A stretch of 64,000 bases of DNA. Origin: Isurus oxyrinchus (lineage: Eukaryota). A program made the position numbers and the translations under genes. Position 1 is the stretch's first letter. Every line of letters begins with the position of its first letter. Location: positions 6,262,001 through 6,326,000 of the forward strand of contig JANJGN010000034.1 of NCBI GenBank assembly GCA_026770705.1. Reading direction: 5' to 3'. Of the stretch, positions 1 to 12,949 are shown piece after piece. Under the pieces are notes generated by a model. That model was given only the letters and a program-made list of their open reading frames with translations, was not told where the DNA came from and did not search any database.

Positions 1-74
1 AATGCAGAATTTTGATTTATGTGAGGAGAACAAGCACGGATTTGGAAAAGCCAGGTTTTGTATGAGAAATCTCA

Positions 75-2290
75 GAGGATCATAGAATGGCTGCAGCAAA
101 AAAAGATCCCTTCCGGTCCAAAGTTTCAGTGCTGAATATTTGCAAGAGAAACTCACTTGGCCCCACTTCACTGCCGCTCCTCCTTTACCTCTGAAGACTT
201 ATCCCTCAGATCAAAATTTAATTCATTCTCAAGGACACCTTTGTATATGCCTCCATCACATTGTCTGACAGTGCATTCCAAACACTGAGCACTTTTTTCC
301 CCCCAAAAAAACTCATTTTGCATTTGGTTCATTTCCAATGCACAATAAATTTGTGCCCGTTGTTCTCCATCTCTCCACAAGAGGGAATGATGTTCCCCAG
401 TCTGCATTGTCCAAGTTCCTCAGGCAGAACTCTATTAAATATGTTGTCAACCTTTCCTTCACAAAGGAGGACAGCTCACGATTATCTATTTTATCCGCTA
501 AATAGGTCCCTCTTACATTCAGCAATTCAATTAAATCTTGTTATTCTCGCCCACACCCCTCATAACGTCCAAAATATAGTGACCGGAAATTGACTCTATT
601 GAAGTCAATCCGGTGTTCTATAAATTTTCGGGGGAACTTCCTTGCTTTTACGATCTATGCCCCAATATTAAAGCGCAGATTATGTTATGCCTTATTAAGT
701 CGTCATTCTGCATACATAGGGCTTGTGCACATGTAAACCCAGGGCCCAATGCTCCTGTACGGCTTTGTGACTGCTAACCTTTATTTGTTTTTTGTTTCTC
801 CTGATTCACATCACACCACACTGCTCTGCACTGAATTTCACCAACGAGGAATCCACAGATATTGCTACTTTATGTCCCATCGGAAACTGCACAAATTTTC
901 ATCGCAGCTCGCAATGCTTCCAAGTTTCGTAGCATCTATATTTTTTGTACGAGGTTCTTTTTGCACAACTCAGATAAAGGCAACCGGTGGCGTTAATACA
1001 CTTAGCTGCTCCTCTGGATACTTTACCCTTACTTGAAAAAAAAATGTTTGTTCGCAACTTTCTATATCCTGTCACTCACCCAGCACATATCTGTGCCGAC
1101 AGTGTCCCTTTTAATGCTGGCCATTCAGTTGTGCTGAAAAGCCTGTTAACTACCTTACCAAACAGATTTTGGAAATTTGGGTGCATGAAGTCAACGCCAC
1201 TGTCGCCATCAAGTGTCTCTTTCTTATCAGGCCTACTAAGGTCAATAAATTTAGTTAACCATGACTTGCTCCTCAACATGTGTGCTGCCTTTCGTTAAGT
1301 CTTCTGTATTTTTCCAAAAGTCGTCACCTTGCCCAGAATTATCGTTGCTCACATCTTCCCCAACAGCGTGAAAAGTTGGCTGCTCATAGTTGCTGTCCTA
1401 ACATTCCACACTTTGTTTTGAACAACGGTTGAACATTTGCAATTCCCAGTACTCATTGTATAACAAATGTCGGTGATTACTCCTAGTATCACTCAAATGC
1501 CTGCGCTTACCTACCATTGTTTCCTCTGTTGCATCTGATCCCAGTCCAATCACTTGTCAACCTTTAGTAGAGCCAGATATTCACGTGCCAGAGCTTTTTA
1601 ATACTTAACCCGTCTCATTTTCAACGATTCCTGCTTCTATTTTGAAGCATTTTCTCCCTTATAATTTACAAAAAACATTGCAGCATTTTCTCCCTTGCTA
1701 TTATCAAAAGCAATATAGTTCTTTCGAGCCTCAGTCAAGCGCTCTGCCTCGCTGTATAGAATCTTGCTTGCTCTCTAGTCGAAAGCACGCCGACGTTCAG
1801 GGCATCTTAAAATGTGCATTTCAACGAAGAACATTTTGGATCCATTTTATGTTCATTGTCGCTCGGTTTTCACCCTCAACTTCGGCTTATTTTGATGGTT
1901 TCCACTTCCCACGGACTTCATATAATAAGCCACATTAGAGACTTTGATGCCATTTTGACATCTGCTATAAGCACAGTATATTTTCTTTCATCTTACTCTT
2001 TTAATTCTCTACATATCCAGTAAATATTCAGCTAAATATCATCTCTGATTTTGACTACTTTACTGTTATATCTCGTCCTGTAAGTGCTCGCTTCCCTTTC
2101 TTTCCTGAATACCCTGTATCTGGGAATATTTGATGCCTATCTCTGCCCTTCCTTGAACTGTGCCCCCGTTATACACAATATCAGATTTCCATTTAGTAAT
2201 GTGCGTCGTTAACTCAACAACACTTTTTACACACTCCACACATTTAAACCAATAGGCGGTGCCCCTCATTTCAATTTACATTTTCTAGTA
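75..2290 (-). mobile_element. Decayed CR1-type LINE fragments (endonuclease, RT, 3' end)
   Basis: ORF 1076-1279(-) KSWLTKFI..DGDSGVDFMHPNFQNLFGKV resembles CR1 RT KSCLTNL..D.G..VDVVYLDFQKAFDKV; ORF 2066-2269(-) resembles the endonuclease N-terminus. Paralog at ~34395-36590. Confidence 0.75.
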
Positions 2291-2599
2291 TATGATAAAG
2301 GATGAAAACGTCTTTATGTAATGCATTTGTCAAGTCTTATTATATATTTGTTTAATTTAAATGTGATTGAATATTTACCTGGATAATCCAACAAATTACT
2401 GCTTGAAACCTGATCTCACTAAATATTTTTTTACTACATAATCAATGAAGCAGCGGGAAGTTAAATGAGGAGATTCAGTGAATGTTGAATTTTACTCAGC
2501 CTTTTTCAAAAGTTAATATGTTTATTTATTAAGGACAGGAGGCTGATGTTTATCTAAACTTGATGGTGGCAGTGCAATTTATGAGTGGAGTTTGGAAAA

Positions 2600-3230
2600 C
2601 AGGTAAGATAGTCACGATCATAAATAGAAAAAGTGAGTGATTTTTTTCATGGAAATTATGAGAAAGCTCGAAAAAGCACTTACCGTGCCGCAAACAGAGC
2701 ATTGCCTCCAGTTCTGGTCAGCAGTATTCAGGATGGATTGAAGTGTTCTGGTAAGTATAGAGTGGAAATTTACCAACATTGCACGAGCGATAAAGGATAT
2801 TTGCTGCAATATCGGGTTGGAGATTGTGAAGATGTTGTGCTCACAGAAAAACTGATTAAGGGGAGATTTGACTGTTGTGTGCAAGATTATTGAAGTGTTG
2901 AAGAGCTAAGAATAACTATTCCAATTAGCATATCGTACTGCAGTCGTCGGTTAATGTTTTTGATAAAGAGACTCAGAGGCAGTGAGGAAGGACATTCTTT
3001 TTCAGTGCGAGTTTTAATGAACTGTTGTTCACTGCATATGCACGTGATCTAATTGCAGAAGATCACCAGCTTAAAAAAGGAAATTGATGGGCACTTGGGA
3101 GAAATAAACTTGTGGGGTACAGAGATAGCGTTGGAGAATTAACTGATTGCATTTATCGGCAGACACTAGCAGTGGACTTGTTGGTAAGAATGGCCTCCGT
3201 CTGTTCCCTGATGACTTTTACTATTCAGGA
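2600..3230 (+). mobile_element. Decayed CR1 LINE 3' fragment
   Basis: gcattgcctccagttctggtcagc resembles the CR1 ORF2 YCVQFWSP motif and is followed by a CR1-like 3' region; paralog at ~36930-37530. Confidence 0.6.
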
Positions 3231-5636
3231 ATTCCAAACAAGGGGACATTTTTTTTTTACTACTGGTCATGAGATGCTGGCATTGCTGGCCATGTGAGTA
3301 AGTATTGCTCATCCATAATTGCCGTCGTTCTGGGGCATTTAGGAGTAATCTATATTGCTGTGGTCCTGGATTCACGTGTAAGTCGGATTAAGGGCGTCGG
3401 ATTTCCTACCCTGAAGAACATTAGTGAATCAATTTTATTTCTTGTCAATCGCCAATGGTTTAGTAGTATCTTCAGGTTTTTTATTTAATGTTTTAATTGA
3501 ACTCAAATTGCACCTTCTACCATGGTGGGTATCGAACTTTGGTCCCCAGAGCTTTCTTAGGGGTCTCTGGAATTCACGTCCAGTGACATTAAATTTAAGG
3601 CTAGAGTTTTGAAGTTGAAGGGAGATATAAGGAAGATCTGGAAAAAAAAACTCAATAGTTCGTATAAATTGTCAAACTATCGAATGCAAAGATATGCTAA
3701 GAGGCCATTAAGTCCATTGCTGCTATAACTGTCCTTTAGTAAAGATTTCCAATTGGCCGCAATTCCATTCTATTCCCACAAAGCAATTACGTTCCCCTCA
3801 GGATTTTCAGCGATCTGATGTAGGCAAGGGTAATAAGAGCACTCAGTTTATGGGACACGTTGAGGATTGAAATCTATAGGCAGTGAAATTTCCCAGTTGA
3901 CATTCAGTTTTTTTGACACAAAGTAAATTGAATATCAGAGGAGGAGCACAACAGGCGTCAGATGTGCTACCGCCCTTGTAGCACTATGGAATGTTGACTT
4001 TCAATATTATTATTAATTTATAGGAAACGCTTTCCCCATTTGAATATCATTATGTTGAATATCTCATAATTTAATGGCTAAACCTTTGGTAGGCAAGGAT
4101 GATAAGGGCTACGAACACAGACAATTCAATAAGAGTTCAGTTATAGGTCACCCAATGTCCAATTGAATATCTTCCTCCGTAACATCTTCAGCACAATGAT
4201 GGGACACAATAATCTTGCCATGACTCCAATTTGCCTTATACTCCTGTGGCATACGCAGCATGACTCCATTGCTGGGGAGCTTAGTCAGCAGAGTAGGAAG
4301 CAGAAAGATTGGAAATAGGATAGAACAAGAAATATGCTGACCAACTAAGAAAATCAGCAAAATGCATACAATAATAATTATGGGGGGTTTCAGCTGTCCG
4401 GGAATGTATTGTTTAGAGAAATGGACATTCAATTAATCTAAATAGTGTAAACATTGGAAAATAAAACCCAATTATCAAGTTGCTGTACGAGATTAAATCA
4501 GTTGTGATAGATGTGAATTGGCCATATTTTTGTCACAGCAATTTCAGTATAGACAAGCATAAGGTATTATATTTGGATTATACAAATAAAGAAGTCATAT
4601 ATCCCTTGAAGAGTAAAGCTACATGAGGCAGAGGAGAAGAGGGGTTTGAGGCCTAAGCTCGTTGAAACCTCGAGAACAGTTGTTAGGACCAATAAAAATG
4701 CAAGCACGAGATATAATGATTAGATTAATGGAATTGACAAGTATAGCCATCAGAACACATTGGGTTAAACCATTGATTGAACCACATTTAGCATACTACA
4801 CATTGTCCTGCATTACGCATGCATGATATCACAGATTAGAGCAGATGACTATCAAGAAGAATAGGCATTTTTTTGGTTCCCTTTGTGAGGTGCAATAATA
4901 GGCATATTTAGAATTAGGAGGAGGCATCGAAAGACTAGCCAAGGGGAAGAGTTTTCTCATGGGAAGGGACAAAATAGCGCCAACAACACCATATTACCAT
5001 TCAAGAAAGAAATACTGAATTCAGAACATCGGTCTTTACCGAAGGAGTCGTGATAATATGATACACAACACTAAAGTCGTTAGTTGAGGTGAATTGCACA
5101 TAACAGTTTTAAGGGAAGCTTTTTAAGTATTTAAGGGCCCATGATTCAAAGCATATACCGATAGAGTGAGGTGAGCAGTGAGGGACGGAGCTTCGTGCAT
5201 CAAGCGTATCTTAGTCCAGCCTGGTCGGGTACAGTAGTCTTTATTTGTGCAGCCTACAAAATATACATTTCATATAATTCCGTTCTGTAACCATTCAATT
5301 TTAAGAACAATTCTTCTCAAAACTCCTCTCCCATTTTCTCCCAATTATGTTAAATCTGTGTTCTCAGTTACTGCTCGTTCCCTTGGATATGCCGACTCAA
5401 CATACCAGAATCTTGTCCCTCCAAGAGAAAAAGAAAACATAACTTTTCTTGGAATCCATGTCACCAAAGATGCTCATTCCTGGTGTCATTCAATTAAGGC
5501 TCCGCTTTGGAAATATCTGCGAAGAATTCTTAAAGGGTGATACACAAAGGCATACATGAATTGTCAGTGCAATTCGAATCAGTGATTTATCAAAGTTTGG
5601 TATTTCTCACAACTTGATTCTCACATTTGCTCACAG

Positions 5637-5672
5637 AGATGGAGAAAATGAAAGGCAATATCTCGGAATGCG
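5637..5672 (+). CDS. Micro-exon E1 (36 nt) of coiled-coil gene: (E)MEKMKGNISEC
   Basis: catttgctcacAG|agatggagaaaatgaaaggcaatatctcggaatgcg|GTgagc; phase 1-1, open frame; paralogous to E15 (45304). Confidence 0.85.
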
Positions 5673-7116
5673 GTGAGCTATAAAGTTTTAGTTTATTTTC
5701 CTTTACTACCAAAGTAATTATCACGTTAATTGATCTCAGGTTAATATTACCCAGATCCTCCACATCAGCTCTCTCTCCCGCACATTTGAAAGCCTGCTTA
5801 TCGATTCGTGCCGCTTTGAGTTCTGTGTTTATGAAAGTTACCCTGTCATCCATTCTATATTGCTTCCAATCTTATCTCTGCGAGGAGAGTTTGTGCATTC
5901 AAGTGCCACTTTGGACCTCTCAGCACTATCATCCAGGCAGCCAATCCTCGTCCTGAGCAGCCAGGAATTGTTGACTTGGTGGTGAGACCGTCTTCCCTTT
6001 CACGGTGAATATAGAAGATCTCCGGGTGTCAAATGATAACAATTTAGGGGTTACTCTCCTCTTTCTTATGCCAATATTTATCAACCAGCGTCAGGAAATT
6101 GCATTTTTAGTCAGTATTCCATTGGTATGAGAGGCCTCTTACTCTGGTAAACTTGGAATCCTGTTCCCTGGTTTAGAAAGGTGCTAAGTTTGTTGTATGA
6201 AATTTAGTAACAGCCTCAACGCAAAAGATGCAAAATGAATCCAAGCTTTTCTTTTATAGAGGAGCAAGTCAATTCATGTGCAGGTGTCAAACCGCCGGCA
6301 CAATTTTTGGTGACTGATCATTCTTGTCTGTGAGATGTTGAAGAAAGATTGACATTTAAATTACCCTTCTCACTGCTGCGGGATCTAGCAAACCTCTATC
6401 TGACCAATTTGTGCACAGCTTGGTGTTACATGAATGCAATAATGCAAAGATGCTTATTTTGTTGCCTGTTCGAATATTGGAAATGTTGGCTTGGAAACAA
6501 AGGATACCTATTCGAATATAACCCTTATATTGTTGTACGTCCAGCAGTGAAACAGCAGGGAGTTTACTACTTAACAGAGTGCATGCAATTTCAGCAGTGC
6601 AAGATTGCATCTTCAGCTTCCAGTTTACTACAAAGCTTGGAGTGGGACTTTAGCCCACTCTCTGACTGAGAGATGAGGAACCTGCCAACTGAAATATTGC
6701 ATGATCACGCCATCCCTTACAGCATGATGCACACAATCACTGATTCTCGAGTTTTGTAACAGAGAAATGAGCCCAGATCAATTCTTGACGTAGCCCTCAC
6801 CAAAAACATACTGTAATTTATATTAATCAGTAAATTCATGGCGCAATAATTTATTTTGGGTGTGAGTACACGATGTCCATTAACTTAGGAGGCGTCCGTT
6901 TCATGTCCAGCCTGATATTCTTTTCAAATGTAGTTAGAAGGATCGAATATTGAGTTGGGATTATGTTTATGAACCGAAGAGTAGCACCTGTATCATTGCA
7001 CCCAAGATGAACTTTTCATCGATACGTGCCCTTCGCTGTTGTTTTCCCACAATTAGGCTGTTATTGGTATTCTTCATTATGTTACTTATTAATTACTGCA
7101 ATTATGTTGCTCATAG

Positions 7117-7143
7117 ATGAAAAGTTAAAGGTCAAGCAGAAAG
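7117..7143 (+). CDS. Micro-exon E2 (27 nt): DEKLKVKQK
   Basis: gttgctcatAG|atgaaaagttaaaggtcaagcagaaag|GTaaat; paralogous to E16 (46731). Confidence 0.85.
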
Positions 7144-7789
7144 GTAAATAAGTGTGAATGATTTCAGATCACAACAAAAATACAGAATGAGGGAGATGTT
7201 AAAAAAACTGCTTCATAAACATGAGGCCAGAACTGAGAATCTTCACCTATACAGGGGTAAGGAAATTAGGAAATGAAGTGAAAAGACTGCAGATCGACCT
7301 AGAAATACCTTCAAACTGGACAGGCACATACCCGATTTTTTTCTTAAATTCACAACTGATAAAATTTGATAGGAAGGCTGCAGATTGCTGTACAGTGAAA
7401 TGGGATCCAGGCACACAATGGCTAGTATTGCATGACTGTATATATGACTGCGCATAACGAATGGAATAATCCAAAATAAAAGTAGGCCCATACAACCCTT
7501 AGATCCAATTCCAAAATTCAATAATACTGTGACTGACTCTCTTTCTTAATTTCAACATCCAGCTGCTTTTGCAATTTCCCACTTAACTGCAGAGACCCAC
7601 AAAGCGTTCAGTGAAGAAGTTTTATCTAAGCTCTATCATCAGTTACCAAAACAAGTATAGTATTTCACTGACCCTAAGCTCTATATATTAAATAGTTTTA
7701 ATACTGATCAGTAGCTGCATACTAAGCCTGAATACGCTTATTTGGGGATTCAGCTGGAGTGTTCTTTTATTCACGCACAGTCAGTGAAA

Positions 7790-9990
7790 TCCACTGGTTA
7801 CATTTTTACCTCACACAAAGGAATGTGCTTGTGATTATTGGAACCAATCATTTCATGCAAGGCATCATCGAGGAGATTTTCAGCGTGGTGTCCTCGGCCC
7901 AAGCACTTTCAGTTGCTTCATCCACAATATACTACCCAGCATGTGTTCAGGAGAAGGGATTTTGACTGATTATTACAGCATTTTCCCTATTATGTGCGAC
8001 TGCTCAGATACTGAATCAATCCTTGCCACATTCAGAAAGGAATATAAACATTTCCGACTTTGACTGCCAAGTTACAAGTCACATTCATGTTCCACAGGGT
8101 CAGCCAATGGACATCTCTGACAAGCGAGAATGGAATAAGCTAACCATCGAAATCTGTGGAGCTCACCTGGGCTGGCTTATGTGTAACTCCAGATCCGCTG
8201 TAACGTGGCAAGCCATCACTCAGCCATATGGGACTGCTGCAAAACTGCAAATAACACTGAATCCCTCGACTCTGTGGGCTTACAGGTTACTTGAGCAATA
8301 GCCTGGAAATTCCCAGTGACTGAACCTATGGAACATGCATGTTACTTGCAACATACAAGCAAAATTCGGAAGCCTGGCCTTGTACAGGCCACGAATCAGA
8401 CACCATCACTGTTCTATCAGTTGAGCTTGCGGCACCCTGGTATTCTCTTGGGAGGGAATTGCCTGAGAGTGCACAACACGGACTGCATCCCTTCCTCCCC
8501 ACCTCCCCCCAACCCTCAAGAAGGCTTATCACATCAAACGTGGCAAACTTGCTCATTAACATAAGCTGCCTCTACCCGCTGTCCACAAGCTCAGTAGCAC
8601 CAAAGGACGTGGCTGCTCGACCGGGTCTGCAGCAGATTTTTGGGGAACCAACATTGGGGGAAACATTGTTGACTTCATCCTCACCAACCTGTCAGCCACA
8701 GTTACACCTGTACATCTGTCCATGACAGCATGAGTGACAACCCTACAGTTCTTGTCGCGATGAAGCACATTCTTCATGTTGAGTAAACCCTCGTTTTTGT
8801 TTCATGGAAGGATCACGGTGCTAGCGGCCAATTACCCTTGACATCAAGGCTGTATTTGAACGAGCGGGGCATCTTGGAGTTCTAGCAAAATTAAAGTCAA
8901 TAGGAATCATGGGGAAAATATCCGCTCGTTGGAGTCCTATGAAGCACCAAAGAAGATGGTTTTATTTGTTGAAGGTCAATCATTTCAGTTCCAGGACATT
9001 GATTCATTACTTTCTCATGGTAGTGTCCTACGTCCAACCATCTTTAGCTGCTTCATCAATGGGCACTCTTCCAATAGAAGTTCAAAAGTAGGGACGCTCT
9101 CTAGATATAGCACAATGTTGATCAACAGTCGTCACTTCTCAGATGCTGAAGAGACGATGTCCAAATGCAGAAAGACAAGACAATCTCCAGGCTTGTGCTG
9201 ACATGTGGCAAGTAAAATTTGTTTGACACAATTGTTAGCAATGAAGATCTCCAACACTAGAGATTCTAACCATCGTCCCTTGACATTCAATAGCATTACC
9301 ATCACTGAATCCCCAACTATCAACAACTTGTGGTTAACATTGACTAGAAGCTAAACTGGACTAGCTATATGAACACTATAACTACAAGGGCAGATAAGGG
9401 GCTAGAAATCCTATCGCGAGTTACTCACATCCTGATTCCCCAAAGCATTTCCACCATCTAAAAGGTACGAGTCAGGAGTGCGATGGAGTACTGCCCACTT
9501 GCCTCTATGACTGCAGATCCAAAAACACTCAAGAAGCTTCACAACAATCAGGACAAATTGGCACGCTTGTTTGGTGCCCTTTCCAGAAGCATTCACTCTC
9601 TCCAACACGGAGTCACTATGGCAGGATTGTGTACCACCAAGATGATACACAGCAGAAACTCACTAAGGTTCCTTAGGCATAACCTGCCAAACCCAGGATC
9701 ACGACCATATAGAAAGAGAATGACAGAAGATACAGGGAACACCACCACCTGTAAATTGCATTACAAGCTGCTCACCATCCTGACTTGGAAATATATCGTC
9801 GTTCTTTCACTGTAAATTGGTCAAAATGTTGGAACTCCCTCGTTAAGAGCACTGTAGGTGTTGCTACACCACAGGGCCTGAAGTAGTTCATGAATGGATC
9901 TAATCACCACCTTCTACTGGAAAATAAGGGATGGGCTATAAATGCTGGTCTAGCTAGCAATGCACCCATCCCGTTAATGAATAAGGAACA
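7790..9990 (+). mobile_element. Decayed non-LTR retrotransposon (APE endonuclease + RT of the LDIKAAFDRVWH type) with 3' tail
   Basis: GLQQIFGEPTLG (ORF 8339-8725) resembles the APE C-terminal motif; cccttgacatcaaggctgtatttgaacgag resembles LDIKAAFDR; ggtagtgtcctacgtccaacc resembles GSVLGPT; tail gggatgggctataaatgctggtctagc. Confidence 0.75.
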
Positions 9991-10454
9991 CCCATGAAAA
10001 GCAGCATTTCTGATCTTTAGCTCACTCTCCAGCTTAAACATACAATCCATCTTTCCAGGTGCCTTCAAAGTGTGTTACCTCCAGGGCAGCAATTCATCAA
10101 ACATCTTTGGACAACACTTTCTAAACTCGAGGCTTCTACCACTTTAAAAGGCAAGGACATCAAACCAATTGCAATACCAACAACTACCAATTCCTGATTG
10201 CATGACAGTCCTCAGTCCATTTTTCGCCAGCCCTGAAATTACAGGTGCAAACAATCGAGCAACACATTCAGCAATTTGCGCTATTACCTATCTATATGTA
10301 TGATGACCGATCCTCTAGGTTTTGTCGCCCACCTCACTCAAATGGTAGCATTGTCTTCAATGGTCGATATTGCAACACAGTACACCGCTGTCCCGAACTT
10401 ACCTCCACGTTCGAATCCATCCGTAAAATACGATCTCTCACCTCTCTTCTCCAG

Positions 10455-10490
10455 AAATGGATAAACTGAAAAGTGATCTTGAAGATTGTG
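10455..10490 (+). CDS. Micro-exon E3 (36 nt): EMDKLKSDLEDC
   Basis: cctctcttctccAG|aaatggataaactgaaaagtgatcttgaagattgtg|GTaagt; strong splice sites; paralogous to E17 (50978). Confidence 0.9.
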
Positions 10491-11499
10491 GTAAGTAGAA
10501 AAATATTGAAGGCATTTCTCCTTAGCAACCATCAGGGGCAACTCTTCATTTTCTCTGGAAAAAGTAAACTAAATTTATGGTCCCGAACATTTATCATTTG
10601 ACCGAAATTATCTAATTCAGATTTTATGCTCCACTCGAGCCTCCTGCCACAGAAACTCATCAAGGCCTAACATCAGCGTCATCTAAATCCATCAAGTCAT
10701 TTCTTCCTCAAGTGTTTGTCTTATTCTGTCTTGAACTTATGTCTTTTACTCTCATTAAGTATGGCATATTCTTAGCAAATTCTACGTTTTCATCAAGCGC
10801 TACATAAATGAACATATCCTCACTTTGTTTGGTATTTATTGACTAACGTGTGCACATGGTACGTGGATTCAGACTCTCCAACCAATGTTATTTTCTCCCT
10901 AGCTCTTCTTGTTTTGGCTATATTTCTGTGAACTATCTTCGCTTTGAATGATTAAGGAAAACACGTCTGTTTTTCATGTTAACATCATTGTTTTAAGTGA
11001 AAATTAAAGCTATGCAATTAAGTATAAGGTTGACCTAGGGTTTTAAAACAATCAAAACGAATGATCAATCATTATGATGCTCGATTATGTTACTTAATAT
11101 TTCCTTCCATTAGGAAGAACGATGACTTGTAATAGTACAGATTCGATCGGCTTACTTGGCAATGATAGATCCTTACAGAATAAAATTAGACCATACAGCC
11201 CCTCGCATTGAAGTTGTTCTTTGGAATGATCTCCAGTTAACCCACTGCTAAGTACTTTGACGATAATCGCGATCATTAATCCCCATCGATCCTTCAAACA
11301 ATCCACGAGGAACATAGAAAGAAGAGGCAACAATCCATACACTCGAACCTGGAACGTCATTCTATGAAAATTGCTGGCCTAAAAATTAACACGTTATACA
11401 CACCTCTGACAACTTAAACAGGGGCGGGTAGATAAACATTTGCAAGACTATTTTATTAAAAGTGTTGTTTTATTGATCCATTCATCATCTTATTTTTAG

Positions 11500-11526
11500 T
11501 ACTAAAGTTCGCCAACACACAAAAAG
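11500..11526 (+). CDS. Micro-exon E4 (27 nt): VLKFANTQK
   Basis: tcttatttttAG|tactaaagttcgccaacacacaaaaag|GTaata; paralogous to E18 (52042). Confidence 0.82.
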
Positions 11527-12949
11527 GTAATACATGAGTTATTGTACATTTTATTTCCCAATGTGTGTTACTATATGTCTTATTACTCAAACTAATCTAC
11601 ACACCATCGGAATTTGTTGTTGACATTTTTAAAAATGCTGTACGCTGCAAATTTTGCTTATAGGGTGAAATCTTCAGTGTTTACAGGTGTCTAGTGTTTA
11701 TTTCAATTTTCTCCAAATCAAATCCCGAAAAATAAACCATTTATTTGCTACAGGAATGGGGCAGCATCTAGTATTTTCACCTCCTGCTCCTTAAACTGGG
11801 GCACAATTGTTTCCAATCATAGAGGCATTGTACATAGAAAATAAAGTGTGCAACTCGAGATCAGGGCATATGAACCATTTGCGGAATGCCGGCGTTTGTG
11901 CTGATCCAGAGGTTCATCCTAAACCACTTCTTCTCATCCTATCAGCGTATTAGCCTAGGAATTTCAAATATCTTTATTTAGCTTCCCTGTGAAAGCAGAA
12001 ACAGTGTTTATTGTTTAAATAATATTTCCTGAGGTGTGGGAGGAGCTTACTAGGCAGGTTCAGAAGACAAATGAAATTTTACCATATTGTCCCTTGTGCA
12101 GAGACAAACGCAAGCTGGACTTGGTCATGCAGGGAGATTTCCCTCCTGAACGTGCATTCGTGAAGCTTTTTTTCTTTATTTTGCTTATTATTCTTACAAT
12201 TGATGGCAGATGCCATGGTCACCATTATTGCGATTGATTTTCAATTCCTCATCCATAAATGCAGGAGTGGTAAGCTTTGGACCCCTGTCCCTAGAGAATT
12301 TGCCTTGTTCTTTGGTATATTTACACAGAATCATTATCACTGCTGCAGCATGTCCTTGGAAATTAGGGTCATCTGTGCCTTGTGTTAGGTTGATCCACCT
12401 TCTCACCACACTATGGACAAAGAAGTTTTACTTAACATCTGTATTTGATTCATTCGCTAATATCTTGTTTTTTGTCAAAACATTTCAAGCATTATAGACC
12501 CCTTTCAGGTCATCTGTTTCACGAAAAGTGCAGTCACAAAATTTCAGTCTTTCCTTATAGAGGGAAACCTCTCAGATCTGAGTTCTGCCTTTTTCTTCTC
12601 TTCTCCAATGCCTCTGAATCTTTTAAAAAAAACAAATTTAAACAGATTACTCTATCCCTGGGATTCAGATGAGTGGTTGAAAACGAATTGACACAACACC
12701 AGCAAAGAGATTGTTGAGTATTATTGATAAAAATAGATATGTTGAACTAGCTTTTACGGAAGTAATGAGGGTGTTAAACTAAACAAGAGGGGTGAGGGTT
12801 TAAACTTGGGTAAAGGTAGGATCCAAGTAGAAGAGTCAAGCCAGAGGAGCAAAGTAGCAATATGAGAAACGAGGGACAGAAAATGGGAAGGATGGACAGA
12901 CAGAAAAAATCTAAGAATGCGTCAAGAGTCTGAACTAGAGGTTAGAAAT

